A DNA stretch of 64,000 bases from the NCBI GenBank assembly GCA_964454835.1, contig CAYVTU010000001.1, forward strand, positions 22,020 through 86,019, read 5' to 3'. Of this stretch, positions 10,060-19,473 are shown in pieces. Position 1 is the stretch's first letter. Each line of letters opens with the position of its first letter. A program made the position numbers and the translations under genes. The stretch is from an uncultured Brachyspira sp. (GTDB lineage: Bacteria; Spirochaetota; JAAYUW01). A model generated the notes under the pieces. It saw nothing but the letters and a program-made list of their open reading frames with translations. It was not told where the DNA came from and made no database searches.

Positions 10060-11976
10060 TTAATATTTTAATTTGTATTTACTTCCGCCTTTTCTAATTA
10101 TATTTTTAAAATATTCTTTATTTTTTTCAAAATAATCATCCATCTCTTTATCTTTTTCCACGAAAAGGTTGTCTATTTTCTGCATGATTTGTATATAATC
10201 TTCTTTAGTCATAACTTCTTTATGATATTCTTTCCATTTTATTGGAGGAAGGATATTAATGTAGATTATTGCATTGTTATAATATGAATAAGGATGTAGT
10301 TTGAAATCAAAACCAGGGGCATAAGTGATATTTTTTTTACCTTTTTCAATGTATATATGGTATGGAATTATATCTGATTTAGTGTTATCTGCCATAACAG
10401 CTGCACCTGTTCTAATCCTTTCATCTTCTCCTAATGTTACATTGCCACTTCTTATAGAGTTAAATAATGGATAACCATTTTTTATAATTTTACTTACCAT
10501 TGGTAATATATGTTTATTCTCTTTTGGGTAAACTTGCGGTAAACCGCACCCTTTTAAGATATAGCCAAAAATAGGTATTTTAAAAGCATTATAATCAACT
10601 GGTATATAATAATTATCTAAAGATGTATTTATGATAGTATGTATATCAAACGTAGTAGGGTGGTTTACTACATATATCCTATTTGGAGATTCATAGATGT
10701 TTTCTTCACCATTAATAAAAATAATAGCCTTTTTTCTGACCCATGGATCGACAATGTAATTTTTGGCGAAAAAATAAAAATTTTTATTTTTAATTATCTC
10801 TTTTATATTGTTATCTATATAATCCTGACATAAAGATTCAATAGATTTATCTATGCTAGTTTTCTGATTAAAGTGTAAATCTTTTTTAGCTTTCTCTATT
10901 TCAATCTTGCTTTTTACATAACCACTTTTAACTAATGTCAAAGTCAAATCCTTAGAACCAAATAATTTTTCTGCAATAAAAGAGAATGAGTAAGTTATAA
11001 TTTTCGGAAGACTTATAATGATTTTTTTCGATTTCTTTTTATTAAGATTATCTAGATTAATTTTTATTTTTTGAATTAGTTGTTTATAAGTTAGATTATT
11101 ATTTTTATCTCCACTCAATATATAATTTTCAAGATTTTTACCATATAAAATGGAATTAAAAATACCATCTGCTAAATCATATGAGTCTACGAAAGAAGAA
11201 TAACCAGGTAATTGGCTGAAAAAGAAATTTTTATCTATATTATAAACTAACTTTAAGATAGATAGATTATTATCACCCTTGCCAATAACTGTTCCTGGCA
11301 TTATATTAATAAATTCAATTTCTGATTTTTCTGCTAAATTTTTACAGATATAATAACCAGCTAGTTTACTATCGGCATAAGGATTTTTAAGTTTTTTTAG
11401 GATTGATTTATTACCATTGTTATATGATTCAAAAATTTCTAAAATCTCATTGATAGAAGAGTACGAATGGAAATTTTTCTTAAATCCATTTAAACCTATA
11501 TCATTTTCATTAAGATAATGAGAGGTGTCTAATAGATTTAAAATTGAAATAGAAGAAAGGTGAATAAATTTCTTTGTTTTATTTTTAATTGATGCCTCTA
11601 GAATGTTTTTTGCACCAATTACATTTATTTTCCATAAACTTTCAATATCTTTTTTTCTAAAAGAAACAACTCCAGAAGAATTTATTACAATGTCTAGTTC
11701 TTCCGTGTTTTTTAAAAGATTATCTTTATCAAATATATTAACTTTGACAAATTTAAAAATATCATTTTCTATATCTTTTATTAGATTATTCCATCTAGTT
11801 TTAGAAAAAAAGATTCTAATTTCATTCAAATCAAATGTAATTTTATTGTTATCTATTTCAAAAATCTTATTATTAATTTCGTTTAAATTATTATATAGAA
11901 ATAGAACAAGATTAGAGCCAATAAACCCTGTTCCACCAAAAATACCAATCTTTTTTATTATTATATTGTTTTCCAT
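10060..11976 (-). CDS. Fusion of an extended SDR and a PlsC-like (LPLAT) acyltransferase
   Basis: N-terminal FGGTGFIG, HLSS and YADSK; C-terminal NHPTTFD (HX4D), RTGAAVMA and DIIPYHI. The ATG at 11976 (MENNIIIKKIGIFGG) is more likely than the TTG at 12045. Confidence 0.75.
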   Translation of the reverse strand: MENNIIIKKIGIFGGTGFIGSNLVLFLYNNLNEINNKIFEIDNNKITFDLNEIRIFFSKTRWNNLIKDIENDIFKFVKVNIFDKDNLLKNTEELDIVINSSGVVSFRKKDIESLWKINVIGAKNILEASIKNKTKKFIHLSSISILNLLDTSHYLNENDIGLNGFKKNFHSYSSINEILEIFESYNNGNKSILKKLKNPYADSKLAGYYICKNLAEKSEIEFINIMPGTVIGKGDNNLSILKLVYNIDKNFFFSQLPGYSSFVDSYDLADGIFNSILYGKNLENYILSGDKNNNLTYKQLIQKIKINLDNLNKKKSKKIIISLPKIITYSFSFIAEKLFGSKDLTLTLVKSGYVKSKIEIEKAKKDLHFNQKTSIDKSIESLCQDYIDNNIKEIIKNKNFYFFAKNYIVDPWVRKKAIIFINGEENIYESPNRIYVVNHPTTFDIHTIINTSLDNYYIPVDYNAFKIPIFGYILKGCGLPQVYPKENKHILPMVSKIIKNGYPLFNSIRSGNVTLGEDERIRTGAAVMADNTKSDIIPYHIYIEKGKKNITYAPGFDFKLHPYSYYNNAIIYINILPPIKWKEYHKEVMTKEDYIQIMQKIDNLFVEKDKEMDDYFEKNKEYFKNIIRKGGSKYKLKY

Positions 11977-12133
11977 ATGCTTATCATATTTAATTAAACA
12001 TTCATAAAATATGGTCAAACTTAATATTTTTATAAATAAAGTCAATACTCTAAGGATATTGTATTATAGAAATAAATTGAAACTTGAAATAAAGACTATT
12101 TTAATAATTTTATAACATACAATTAAAATTTCA

Positions 12134-12161
12134 TTGACTTTGAAAAAAAATAGTGTATTTA
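12134..12161 (+). promoter_or_regulatory. Probable sigma70 promoter of the tRNA cluster
   Basis: TTGACT-N16-TATTTA, ending 10 nt before tRNA-Pro. Confidence 0.55.
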
Positions 12162-12171
12162 AAAGTGCTGA

Positions 12172-12244
12172 CGGGGAGTAGCGCAGTTGGGAGCGCACTT
12201 GATTTGGGATCAAGGGGTCAGGAGTTCAAGTCTCCTCTCCCCGA
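12172..12244 (+). tRNA. tRNA-Pro(TGG)
   Basis: Cloverleaf; anticodon arm cttga-tt TGG ga-tcaag; acceptor cggggag/ctccccg. Confidence 0.96.
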
Positions 12245-12247
12245 AAT

Positions 12248-12321
12248 GCACCTGTAGCTCAGTAGGATAGAGCATCGGATTTCTAATCCGAGTGCCGCAG
12301 GTTCGAGTCCTGCCAGGTGCG
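12248..12321 (+). tRNA. tRNA-Arg(TCT)
   Basis: Anticodon arm tcgga-tt TCT aa-tccga; acceptor gcacctg/caggtgc. Confidence 0.96.
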
Positions 12322-12332
12322 ATTCCCTTGAT

Positions 12333-12409
12333 GGTGGATGTAGCTCAGTTGGAAGAGCGTCTGACTGTGGCTCAGAATGCCGTGGGTTCGATCCCCATCA
12401 TCCACCCAT
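12333..12409 (+). tRNA. tRNA-His(GTG), with G-1 and encoded CCA
   Basis: Anticodon arm tctga-ct GTG gc-tcaga; G-1:C73 pair; ends ccacc-cca. Confidence 0.96.
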
Positions 12410-12415
12410 ATGGTG

Positions 12416-12488
12416 CGCCCTTAGCTCAGCTGGATAGAGCGGCGGACTTCGAATCCTCAGGCCGCAGGTTCGACTCCTGCAGGGCGCG
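12416..12488 (+). tRNA. tRNA-Arg(TCG)
   Basis: Anticodon arm gcgga-ct TCG aa-tcctc (one C.U mismatch); acceptor gcgccct/agggcgc. Confidence 0.92.
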
Positions 12489-12497
12489 TTTGTTATC

Positions 12498-12570
12498 GGG
12501 TCGCTAGCTCAGCTGGTAGAGCAACTGACTCTTAATCAGTAGGCCAAAGGTTCGAATCCTTTGCGACCCA
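12498..12570 (+). tRNA. tRNA-Lys(CTT)
   Basis: Anticodon arm actga-ct CTT aa-tcagt; acceptor gggtcgc/gcgaccc. Confidence 0.96.
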
Positions 12571-12611
12571 TTCTTTTGTTAATTAAATAGAAAATCTTAA
12601 GATTAAAAAAT

Positions 12612-12693
12612 GCGAGTGTGGTGGAACTGGCAGACACGCTAGACTTAGGATCTAGTGCCTTAGGGTGTGTGGGTTCAACTCCCTCCACTCGCA
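12612..12693 (+). tRNA. tRNA-Leu(TAG)
   Basis: Anticodon arm ctaga-ct TAG ga-tctag; long variable arm; acceptor gcgagtg/cactcgc. Confidence 0.96.
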
Positions 12694-12708
12694 ATTTATA
12701 TTATAAAG

Positions 12709-13433
12709 ATGCATCAAAATTTTAAAAAAAAGATAATATCAAATATTTATATCTAATCTTTATTTCGATAGCTTTTGCATTTTCAGCTTTTTCTATTATA
12801 ACTCATTATAATTTAGTGGTAATTCAGAAAGTTTCTTCCTATAACTTTAATATAAACAAATTTCTAGAGCTAAATCTTGGATTTTTTTATTATTTTACTT
12901 TGTAATCAAATTTACTTGTTTTCTTTGTTTATTTATCATTAATTTTAAAAATAAGAAAACTGATAAAAAATTATAAAAATATAAAAAAATTAAGTAATCC
13001 TTCTATATTAAGTGCTATTTATGTTTATATTTTAATTGTGGCGATAGTATATAATGTTGTATTAAGAAGATTTTGGTCTCCCAAAGGAGTTAATAAAATT
13101 ATAGATAATTTCCTTCATGTCCTCAACCCATTAATATATATATTATTCTGGTTTATATTTTTAGATAGAGAATATTTTTATAAAAAAAATTATTTTTATT
13201 ACTCTTTTCGATGGATAGTTTATCCTTTAATATACCTTTTAATTGTTTGTTTAATAGGATTTTTTATTAGAAAATTCCCTTATCCATTTTTGAATTTCTA
13301 TAATATTGGTTTTCCAGTTTTTGTATTAAATATTATATTTTTAATTTTATTTTTTTTCTTTATATCTTTTTTGGTATATATCATTGGAAAAATAAAATTA
13401 AATAACACTAAATCAAATAAATGTGAAGATTAA
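12709..13433 (+). pseudogene. Pr6Pr-family membrane protein, disrupted
   Basis: The frame of ORF 13038-13433 (VYNVVLRRFWSPKG..DNFLHVLNP) extends upstream through YYFTL*SNLLV, with an in-frame TAA at 12903-12905 inside the family YFTxxSN motif. The nearest ATG (12709) is out of frame across an A8 run (12724-12731). Confidence 0.72.
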
Positions 13434-14740
13434 ATCCCAGCTATATCCACACCTTCAAGATAAATTCCATCTGGTCCAATATAATTTCCACTTTTCGTAA
13501 TATTGTTGGTCAATTTTATAGTATGAATAAGATTTCTGATATTCCCAGAAACTGAACCACCCTTTATAGGGATTTTTTTACCATTTTTTGTTATATAACC
13601 AAGTCTTATCTCAGAAGAAAAATCTCCTGTTATTGCTTTTGGAGAAAACGCACTGAATCTTAATAGTAAAACAGTATCTTCTTCCTTTGTTAAATCATTT
13701 AAAGATTTATCTCCACCTTCAATAATGAAATTAGAATCTGGTCCTGTATAAGGGATATTAAGATATTTTGAATATGGCAATTCGCATATAAAATTCTTAA
13801 CTATATTTTTTTCAACTACTGTGAAAGGTTTTAATGGGATTCCATAATTGTCAGAAATGCTTGAGAATAAGCCCCCTTTGACAAAAGGGTCTACTTTAAT
13901 AGTTAACTTTTGCCCCGCTTCTTTTTCAGAAATAGATTTATTTAAGTTTAAAAGTGAAAATCTGTTAAAAACAGCTCTTGCATTAGCATGAGTAAAATAA
14001 AAATCAAAAAAGGAATCAAGTGCTTCTAAACCAAATACAACATTGTATTTTCCGGTTTTTAATGCAGTTGCTTCAATATTGTCTTTTGCATATTTTGCCT
14101 GATTTTCTAACATATTTTCTATATCCAAATCATCTATAAATACTGCTTGCTTAGTAAAAAAACTTTCGGTCTCGAAATTTTTTCCAGCCAAAAAAACACC
14201 TTCAACAAGTATTTTTGTTTTATCAAAAGAATATTCATTTCCACTAGAACTGGTAAATTTTTCATCAATAGAAGATAAAAATATTTCTGTAGTAGATAGT
14301 TTAATATCTGAAAATTTAGAAGCTTTTTCACTAATTATTTTTCCAATTTCATCTATTGCTTTGGCTGGATCATTTTTAATTTTTATATCTGAATTTGAAA
14401 AATTGGGATAATTATATTTTTCTTTTGGGATTTCAAAAAAAGGATTTTTGACCAAATTCGCTGCTACAATTGCCTTGTCAATTTTATCTTTAATCTCAAA
14501 ATCATCACTATTTTCAGAAATAGTTACCACTGAATTTCCAATAAATTTACCATCTTTATCTTCATTTATAACCCATATTAGTAAAGAGTGTCTTTCGGTA
14601 ACACCAAACCTAGAAGATTCTGGTTTACCAAAGATGAAATAATTTTCAGCTCTTTTTTCAATTGAGCTTTTTAATGTCCAGAAATATAATTCTTTAGTTT
14701 TACAATAATCAATTATCTTACTATGTATATCTTTTTTCAT
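13430..14740 (-). CDS. pmbA: TldE/PmbA family protein (non-catalytic partner)
   Basis: TGKYNVVF, DNYGIP, TGDFS and KGGSVSGN; no HExxxH; adjacent to tldD. Confidence 0.85.
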   Translation of the reverse strand: MKKDIHSKIIDYCKTKELYFWTLKSSIEKRAENYFIFGKPESSRFGVTERHSLLIWVINEDKDGKFIGNSVVTISENSDDFEIKDKIDKAIVAANLVKNPFFEIPKEKYNYPNFSNSDIKIKNDPAKAIDEIGKIISEKASKFSDIKLSTTEIFLSSIDEKFTSSSGNEYSFDKTKILVEGVFLAGKNFETESFFTKQAVFIDDLDIENMLENQAKYAKDNIEATALKTGKYNVVFGLEALDSFFDFYFTHANARAVFNRFSLLNLNKSISEKEAGQKLTIKVDPFVKGGLFSSISDNYGIPLKPFTVVEKNIVKNFICELPYSKYLNIPYTGPDSNFIIEGGDKSLNDLTKEEDTVLLLRFSAFSPKAITGDFSSEIRLGYITKNGKKIPIKGGSVSGNIRNLIHTIKLTNNITKSGNYIGPDGIYLEGVDIAGI

Positions 14741-14754
14741 GTTTGCTCCTATTT

Positions 14755-16149
14755 TTATGCTAATCTAGCTTTTAATAATAGATGAGGACCAGCATCAGTT
14801 ACTTTAACCCATTCTTTATGCCCCTTACCGCAATAACCAAGAGAAGATACTTTGAAATCATCACCAACAGCAGATATGCTCATTAAAAGATCTGGTACAT
14901 AACCTGTTACAATAACGGGGGAAAAGACTTTTCCTGTGAACTCACCATTTTTTATTTCAGCAGCATAGAGTGCTTCTAGTTGAATACCCCAACCCTTAGG
15001 ATCTTCCATTCCGTTAGTAGTATGATCAATGTAAAATCCATAATCAACCATTTTTATCATCTTTTCAAAAGGGGTATTACCTTTTTCAAAAAAGGTATTT
15101 GTCATCCTAGCATAAGATTTATGGCTGTAAGACTGTCTTCTACCATTTGGAGTTCTATTTATTTTAAGTCTGGAAGCAGAGTTTAAATCTGATAATCCTG
15201 AGATTAATATTCCATCTTTGATTATTTGAGTATCTGAAGTTAGTTGTCCTTCATTGTCAAAAAAGTAAGAGGCACAAGCATCGATATTTTTCTGCCCAAG
15301 AGCAGGACTATCCCACATGTTTACAAGTTTAGATGCTACCTGTTTTCCAAGATATTCTTCCCCTTTTGCTCTCTTTTTTAAGAACATATCTGTTTCTGTT
15401 CCATGTCCAAATGCTTCATGAGCAAACATGCCAGCCATCGCAGGAGAAAATATGCATGTATATACACCTGGATTTAATCGTGGGGCTCCTAATATTTTCA
15501 AAGAATCTTCTACTACTTTTTGAGCTTTTACTTTATCAAAAGTAGCGTGTTCAAATCCTCCGATTTTACCAAAACCATCAAACATCTGAGCAGAGTCTTT
15601 CCCATCTGAAAGTACGAAAAAATAGATAGACTCAAATCTGCTTAATTTTTGAAATAGCTTTTTATTTCTATTAACAAAAAGCTCATCTTTTTTTTCATAG
15701 CCAAGTCTGAACATAGTCATCTGAATTAATTTAGAAAGTTTTTCAATTTCTTTTCTATTTTCTCTTGCTTTTTCAAGATAATCTGTAAGCGGAATTGTAG
15801 TTGGATCTATTGAAACAGGTTGAAAAAAATCTTTTTCTAACTTTTCACCAGGATTGATTTCAACTTCAATATTTGAAGATCTATCTAAAGATAATAGATA
15901 ATTTACTCCGTTATTTATCTCATCATTATTTAAAGTACTTGAAAAATATTCATAAAAATTCTTTCCATTAAATATGGTCAAAGTAAATCCTGCTTCAGGA
16001 TCAGGGAAAACAACCTGATCTTCCCTTGTGGTGGAAGTAACATTTTGTGATTCTAATTTTTGTGCGAATGCAGAAGCATAAGGGAATTTTTTTTCTAGTT
16101 TTTCAATTGCGTAAGAAAATGATTCTTTAAATTCTTTTAATTCAATCAT
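14755..16149 (-). CDS. tldD: TldD metalloprotease
   Basis: HEAFGH (HExxxH), FDNEG, RMTNT and CGK. Start set at ATG 16149 (SD agga), which removes the overlap with ileS. Confidence 0.92.
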   Translation of the reverse strand: MIELKEFKESFSYAIEKLEKKFPYASAFAQKLESQNVTSTTREDQVVFPDPEAGFTLTIFNGKNFYEYFSSTLNNDEINNGVNYLLSLDRSSNIEVEINPGEKLEKDFFQPVSIDPTTIPLTDYLEKARENRKEIEKLSKLIQMTMFRLGYEKKDELFVNRNKKLFQKLSRFESIYFFVLSDGKDSAQMFDGFGKIGGFEHATFDKVKAQKVVEDSLKILGAPRLNPGVYTCIFSPAMAGMFAHEAFGHGTETDMFLKKRAKGEEYLGKQVASKLVNMWDSPALGQKNIDACASYFFDNEGQLTSDTQIIKDGILISGLSDLNSASRLKINRTPNGRRQSYSHKSYARMTNTFFEKGNTPFEKMIKMVDYGFYIDHTTNGMEDPKGWGIQLEALYAAEIKNGEFTGKVFSPVIVTGYVPDLLMSISAVGDDFKVSSLGYCGKGHKEWVKVTDAGPHLLLKARLA

Positions 16150-16165
16150 TCTTTTTCCTTTAATT

Positions 16166-19100
16166 TTATTTTGAAGCTTTGGTAACCTCAATATATGCTT
16201 TAAATTCATTTATTTCCCATTCTTTTGAGGTGTTTTCTGGTTTTTCAGTATTTAAATCCTTTAAATTTATTGCAATGCATAATGTTTCACTACAAATATA
16301 ATCTTTAAATTTTTCAATACTAATAATTAAATTTTTATCAGTCCATATTTTTACATTAATCCTATCTGTAACAGAAAAATCAAGTTCTTTTCTCATATTC
16401 TGAATTTTGTTTATAATTTCTCTTGCATCACATTCTTTTTTAAGTTCTTCTGTAATATGAGTATCTATAGCTATAGTCAGATGTCCTTCATTGACAGTTG
16501 CTAACCCTTCAACTGGTTTTCTTTCAACTTGAATATCATCCAACGAAAAATCAAAGGAGAAATTTCCCTCACTTAAATTTATTTTTTCTCCTTTTAAGAT
16601 TTTCCCAATCTGCTCGCTTTTTAACTGAGTCAATAGCCTTTGAGCTATTGAGATATCTTTTCCAAGAACTTTACCAAGTTTTCTAAAATTAGGTTTAGCA
16701 CTATATTCAATAATACTTGATTCATCAGACGAAAAGATAACTTCTTTGACATTTAATTCTTCTTTAACAAGATCTACAAAGTCAGAAATAAGCTCTAATT
16801 CATCTTTGAAAGGATCTATAATAATAACTTTTGAAAGAGGTTGCCTTACTTTTAAATCATATTGTGTTCTAAGATTTCTTCCCAGTGCAACGGCTTTTTG
16901 AATTAATTCCATTCTTTTTTCTAAATCTTTATCAATCAATAAATCCATGGCTTTTGGGTAAGAGGAAAGGTGAACAGAAAATGGCATATCATCGGTTTTT
17001 AAGTTTCTGTATATTGACTCAGAGACAAATGGGATATAAGGAGCCATGACTTTTGCCAAAGTCAATAAAACATAATACAGAGTATGATATGCTTCATCTT
17101 TATCTTTATCATTTTCAGATTTCCAGAATCTTCTTCTTGATCTTCTTATATACCAATTAGTCAGAATATCTATGAATTCTACTATTGGAGGAATAGCTAG
17201 ATATAATTTATAAGATTCTGTTGCTTCTGTAACTTTTTTTATCAATGTTTGCATACTTGAAATAATCCATCTATCAAGTTCATTGGAAAAATTATTCATA
17301 TTTTCTAAAGTTTCTAGTATTTTGCTATTACATTTCCAATTATCTATATTTGCATAAGTAATGAAAAAAGAATATGAATTCCATAAAGGAAGTAAAATGT
17401 TTTTGACTATTTCTTTTACACCATTTTCTGAAAAATTAAGCTCTTCAGCACGAATTACAGCAGAATTTACCAAATAAAGCCTTAATGCATCTGCTCCATA
17501 TTTATCCATTATATACATTGGCTCAGGATAGTTTTTAAGTCTTTTACTCATCTTTTTACCATGTTCATCAAGAACAAGACCATTAACTATACAATTTTTA
17601 AAAGCTGGTTTATTAAACAAAGCAGCAGCCAAGACAGTTAATGTATAAAACCAACCTCTAGTTTGATCCAAGCCTTCAGCTATAAAATCTGCTGGAAATC
17701 TACTTAAAAACTTATCTTTATTTTCAAAAGGATAATGCTCTTGAGCATATGGCATGCTTCCAGATTCGAACCAGCAATCAAGGACTTCCGGGATTCTTGT
17801 CATCATATTATTACATTTTGGGCATTTAATTTTGACATCATCTACAAAGTGCTTATGTATATCATTGAATTTTCTATTACTTAGCTTCTCTAACTCTTCA
17901 ATAGAGCCGATGCAAATTGTTTCATCACATTCTTCACATTTCCATACTGGAAGAGGAGTGCCCCAGAATCTATTTCGTGAAATAGCCCAATCTCTTGCTC
18001 CATCTAACCATTTCCCAAATCTCCCATCTTTTATATGATCTGGGACCCAATTTATTTGTTGATTACAGTCTATCATTGTCTGTTTAATAGGTTCAATTTT
18101 TACAAACCAGGTTGAAATAGATTTATATATCAATGGAGAATCACATCTCCAGCAATGAGGATAAGAGTGAGTTATGCTTTCTTTTCTAACGAGTAATCCT
18201 CTTTTTTTAAGACTTTCAATTATTAAAGGATCTGCTTCTTTTACATGTTTGCCTTTATAATCAAAAACCTCTTCTGTAAATTCACCATTTTCATCAACTG
18301 GTGATACAGTAGGTAAATTATATTTTAATCCTGTATTATAGTCGTCTTCACCGAAACCAGGGGCAGTATGGACTATTCCAGTTCCATCCTCGGTTGAAAC
18401 ATAATCAGCCAGTACTATTTTAAATGTATTTTCACTTATATTTTCGAAATAAGGAAATAAAGGGATATATCTTTTGCCTTCTATCTCTTTTCCTAAAAAT
18501 CTTTTTTGAATTGTGTATTCATCGGTGTTTTTATAATAGTGATCAAGTCTTGCTAAAGCTAAAATATATCTTTCTTTAGATTGATGATCTAGAACTTCGA
18601 TATACTCAATATCAGGACCAACTGCTAATGCTAAATTAGAAGGAAGAGTCCATGGTGTGGTTGTCCATGCTAAATAATAAAGATTGTCTTCCTCTTTTGA
18701 TTTAAATTTTATAGTAATTGCAGGGTCTTTGACATCCTTATAACCCTGGTTTACTTCAAAGTTAGAAAGAGGTGTAGCACATCTAGGACAATAAGGAAGA
18801 ATTTTAAATCCTTCATAGATAAGTCCTTTATCCCATAAAGTTTTAAAAACCCACCAGATAGATTCCATATATAAAGGATCCATTGTTTTGTATGCATTTT
18901 GGAAATCAACCCATCTTCCACTTCTATTTATTATTTTTTCCCATTCAGAAGTATATCTTAAAACAATGCCTCTGCATGCTTCATTAAATTTATCTATACC
19001 AAAAGCTAAAATATCTTTTTTAGTCGCTAAATTTAACTCCTTTTCCATTTCATTTTCGACTGGTAAGCCATGGCAATCCCACCCCCATCTTCTATCAACA

Positions 19101-19333
19101 TGGTAACCCTGCATTGTTTTATATCTTGGAATAATATCTTTTAGTAGTCCAGGAACAAAATGTCCATAGTGAGGTAAGCCAGTAGCAAAAGGTGGACCAT
19201 CGTAAAAAACAAATGCTTCTGAGTTTTCTCTAATCTTTAATGATTGCTTAAAAACTTCTTCTTTTTCCCAAAATTCAAGTATTTCTTCTTCCAATTTTGG
19301 AAATTCAACATGTTGATTTACAGGTTTGAACAT
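16166..19333 (-). CDS. ileS: Isoleucyl-tRNA synthetase, type 2 (archaeal/eukaryote-like)
   Basis: FYDGPPFATGLPHYGH, GWDCHGLP, WTTTPWTLPSN, KMSKR; 1055 aa with the type-2 C-terminal domain. Confidence 0.98.
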   Translation of the reverse strand: MFKPVNQHVEFPKLEEEILEFWEKEEVFKQSLKIRENSEAFVFYDGPPFATGLPHYGHFVPGLLKDIIPRYKTMQGYHVDRRWGWDCHGLPVENEMEKELNLATKKDILAFGIDKFNEACRGIVLRYTSEWEKIINRSGRWVDFQNAYKTMDPLYMESIWWVFKTLWDKGLIYEGFKILPYCPRCATPLSNFEVNQGYKDVKDPAITIKFKSKEEDNLYYLAWTTTPWTLPSNLALAVGPDIEYIEVLDHQSKERYILALARLDHYYKNTDEYTIQKRFLGKEIEGKRYIPLFPYFENISENTFKIVLADYVSTEDGTGIVHTAPGFGEDDYNTGLKYNLPTVSPVDENGEFTEEVFDYKGKHVKEADPLIIESLKKRGLLVRKESITHSYPHCWRCDSPLIYKSISTWFVKIEPIKQTMIDCNQQINWVPDHIKDGRFGKWLDGARDWAISRNRFWGTPLPVWKCEECDETICIGSIEELEKLSNRKFNDIHKHFVDDVKIKCPKCNNMMTRIPEVLDCWFESGSMPYAQEHYPFENKDKFLSRFPADFIAEGLDQTRGWFYTLTVLAAALFNKPAFKNCIVNGLVLDEHGKKMSKRLKNYPEPMYIMDKYGADALRLYLVNSAVIRAEELNFSENGVKEIVKNILLPLWNSYSFFITYANIDNWKCNSKILETLENMNNFSNELDRWIISSMQTLIKKVTEATESYKLYLAIPPIVEFIDILTNWYIRRSRRRFWKSENDKDKDEAYHTLYYVLLTLAKVMAPYIPFVSESIYRNLKTDDMPFSVHLSSYPKAMDLLIDKDLEKRMELIQKAVALGRNLRTQYDLKVRQPLSKVIIIDPFKDELELISDFVDLVKEELNVKEVIFSSDESSIIEYSAKPNFRKLGKVLGKDISIAQRLLTQLKSEQIGKILKGEKINLSEGNFSFDFSLDDIQVERKPVEGLATVNEGHLTIAIDTHITEELKKECDAREIINKIQNMRKELDFSVTDRINVKIWTDKNLIISIEKFKDYICSETLCIAINLKDLNTEKPENTSKEWEINEFKAYIEVTKASK

Positions 19334-19473
19334 AAAGCAAAACTCCTCAAATTAAATTAAAAAAAAAGATAAATTAATTATTGAACATAAAATAATTTTT
19401 GTGAGTTAAAATTAACTTATAGTCAATAATTTGCAAATATTAATATCTAAAAAGAAATAAAAACAATGAATTC

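Noticed and set aside
12292-12507. 71-aa ORF
   Set aside because: Lies entirely across tRNA genes.
12903-12905. Genetic-code reassignment of TAA
   Set aside because: TAA terminates many clear genes in the window (ileS, clpP, clpX, thiI); a nonsense mutation or sequencing error is simpler.
12612-13433. Integrated element at tRNA-Leu (or at the other tRNA clusters)
   Set aside because: No integrase, and no duplicated tRNA 3' end (att site) was found in the window.
16150-16209. Apparent ileS-tldD overlap
   Set aside because: Artefact of the longest-ORF start; ATG 16149 has an SD and removes the overlap.
19334-19473. T-box leader for ileS
   Set aside because: Too short, and no T-box/antiterminator consensus is visible.
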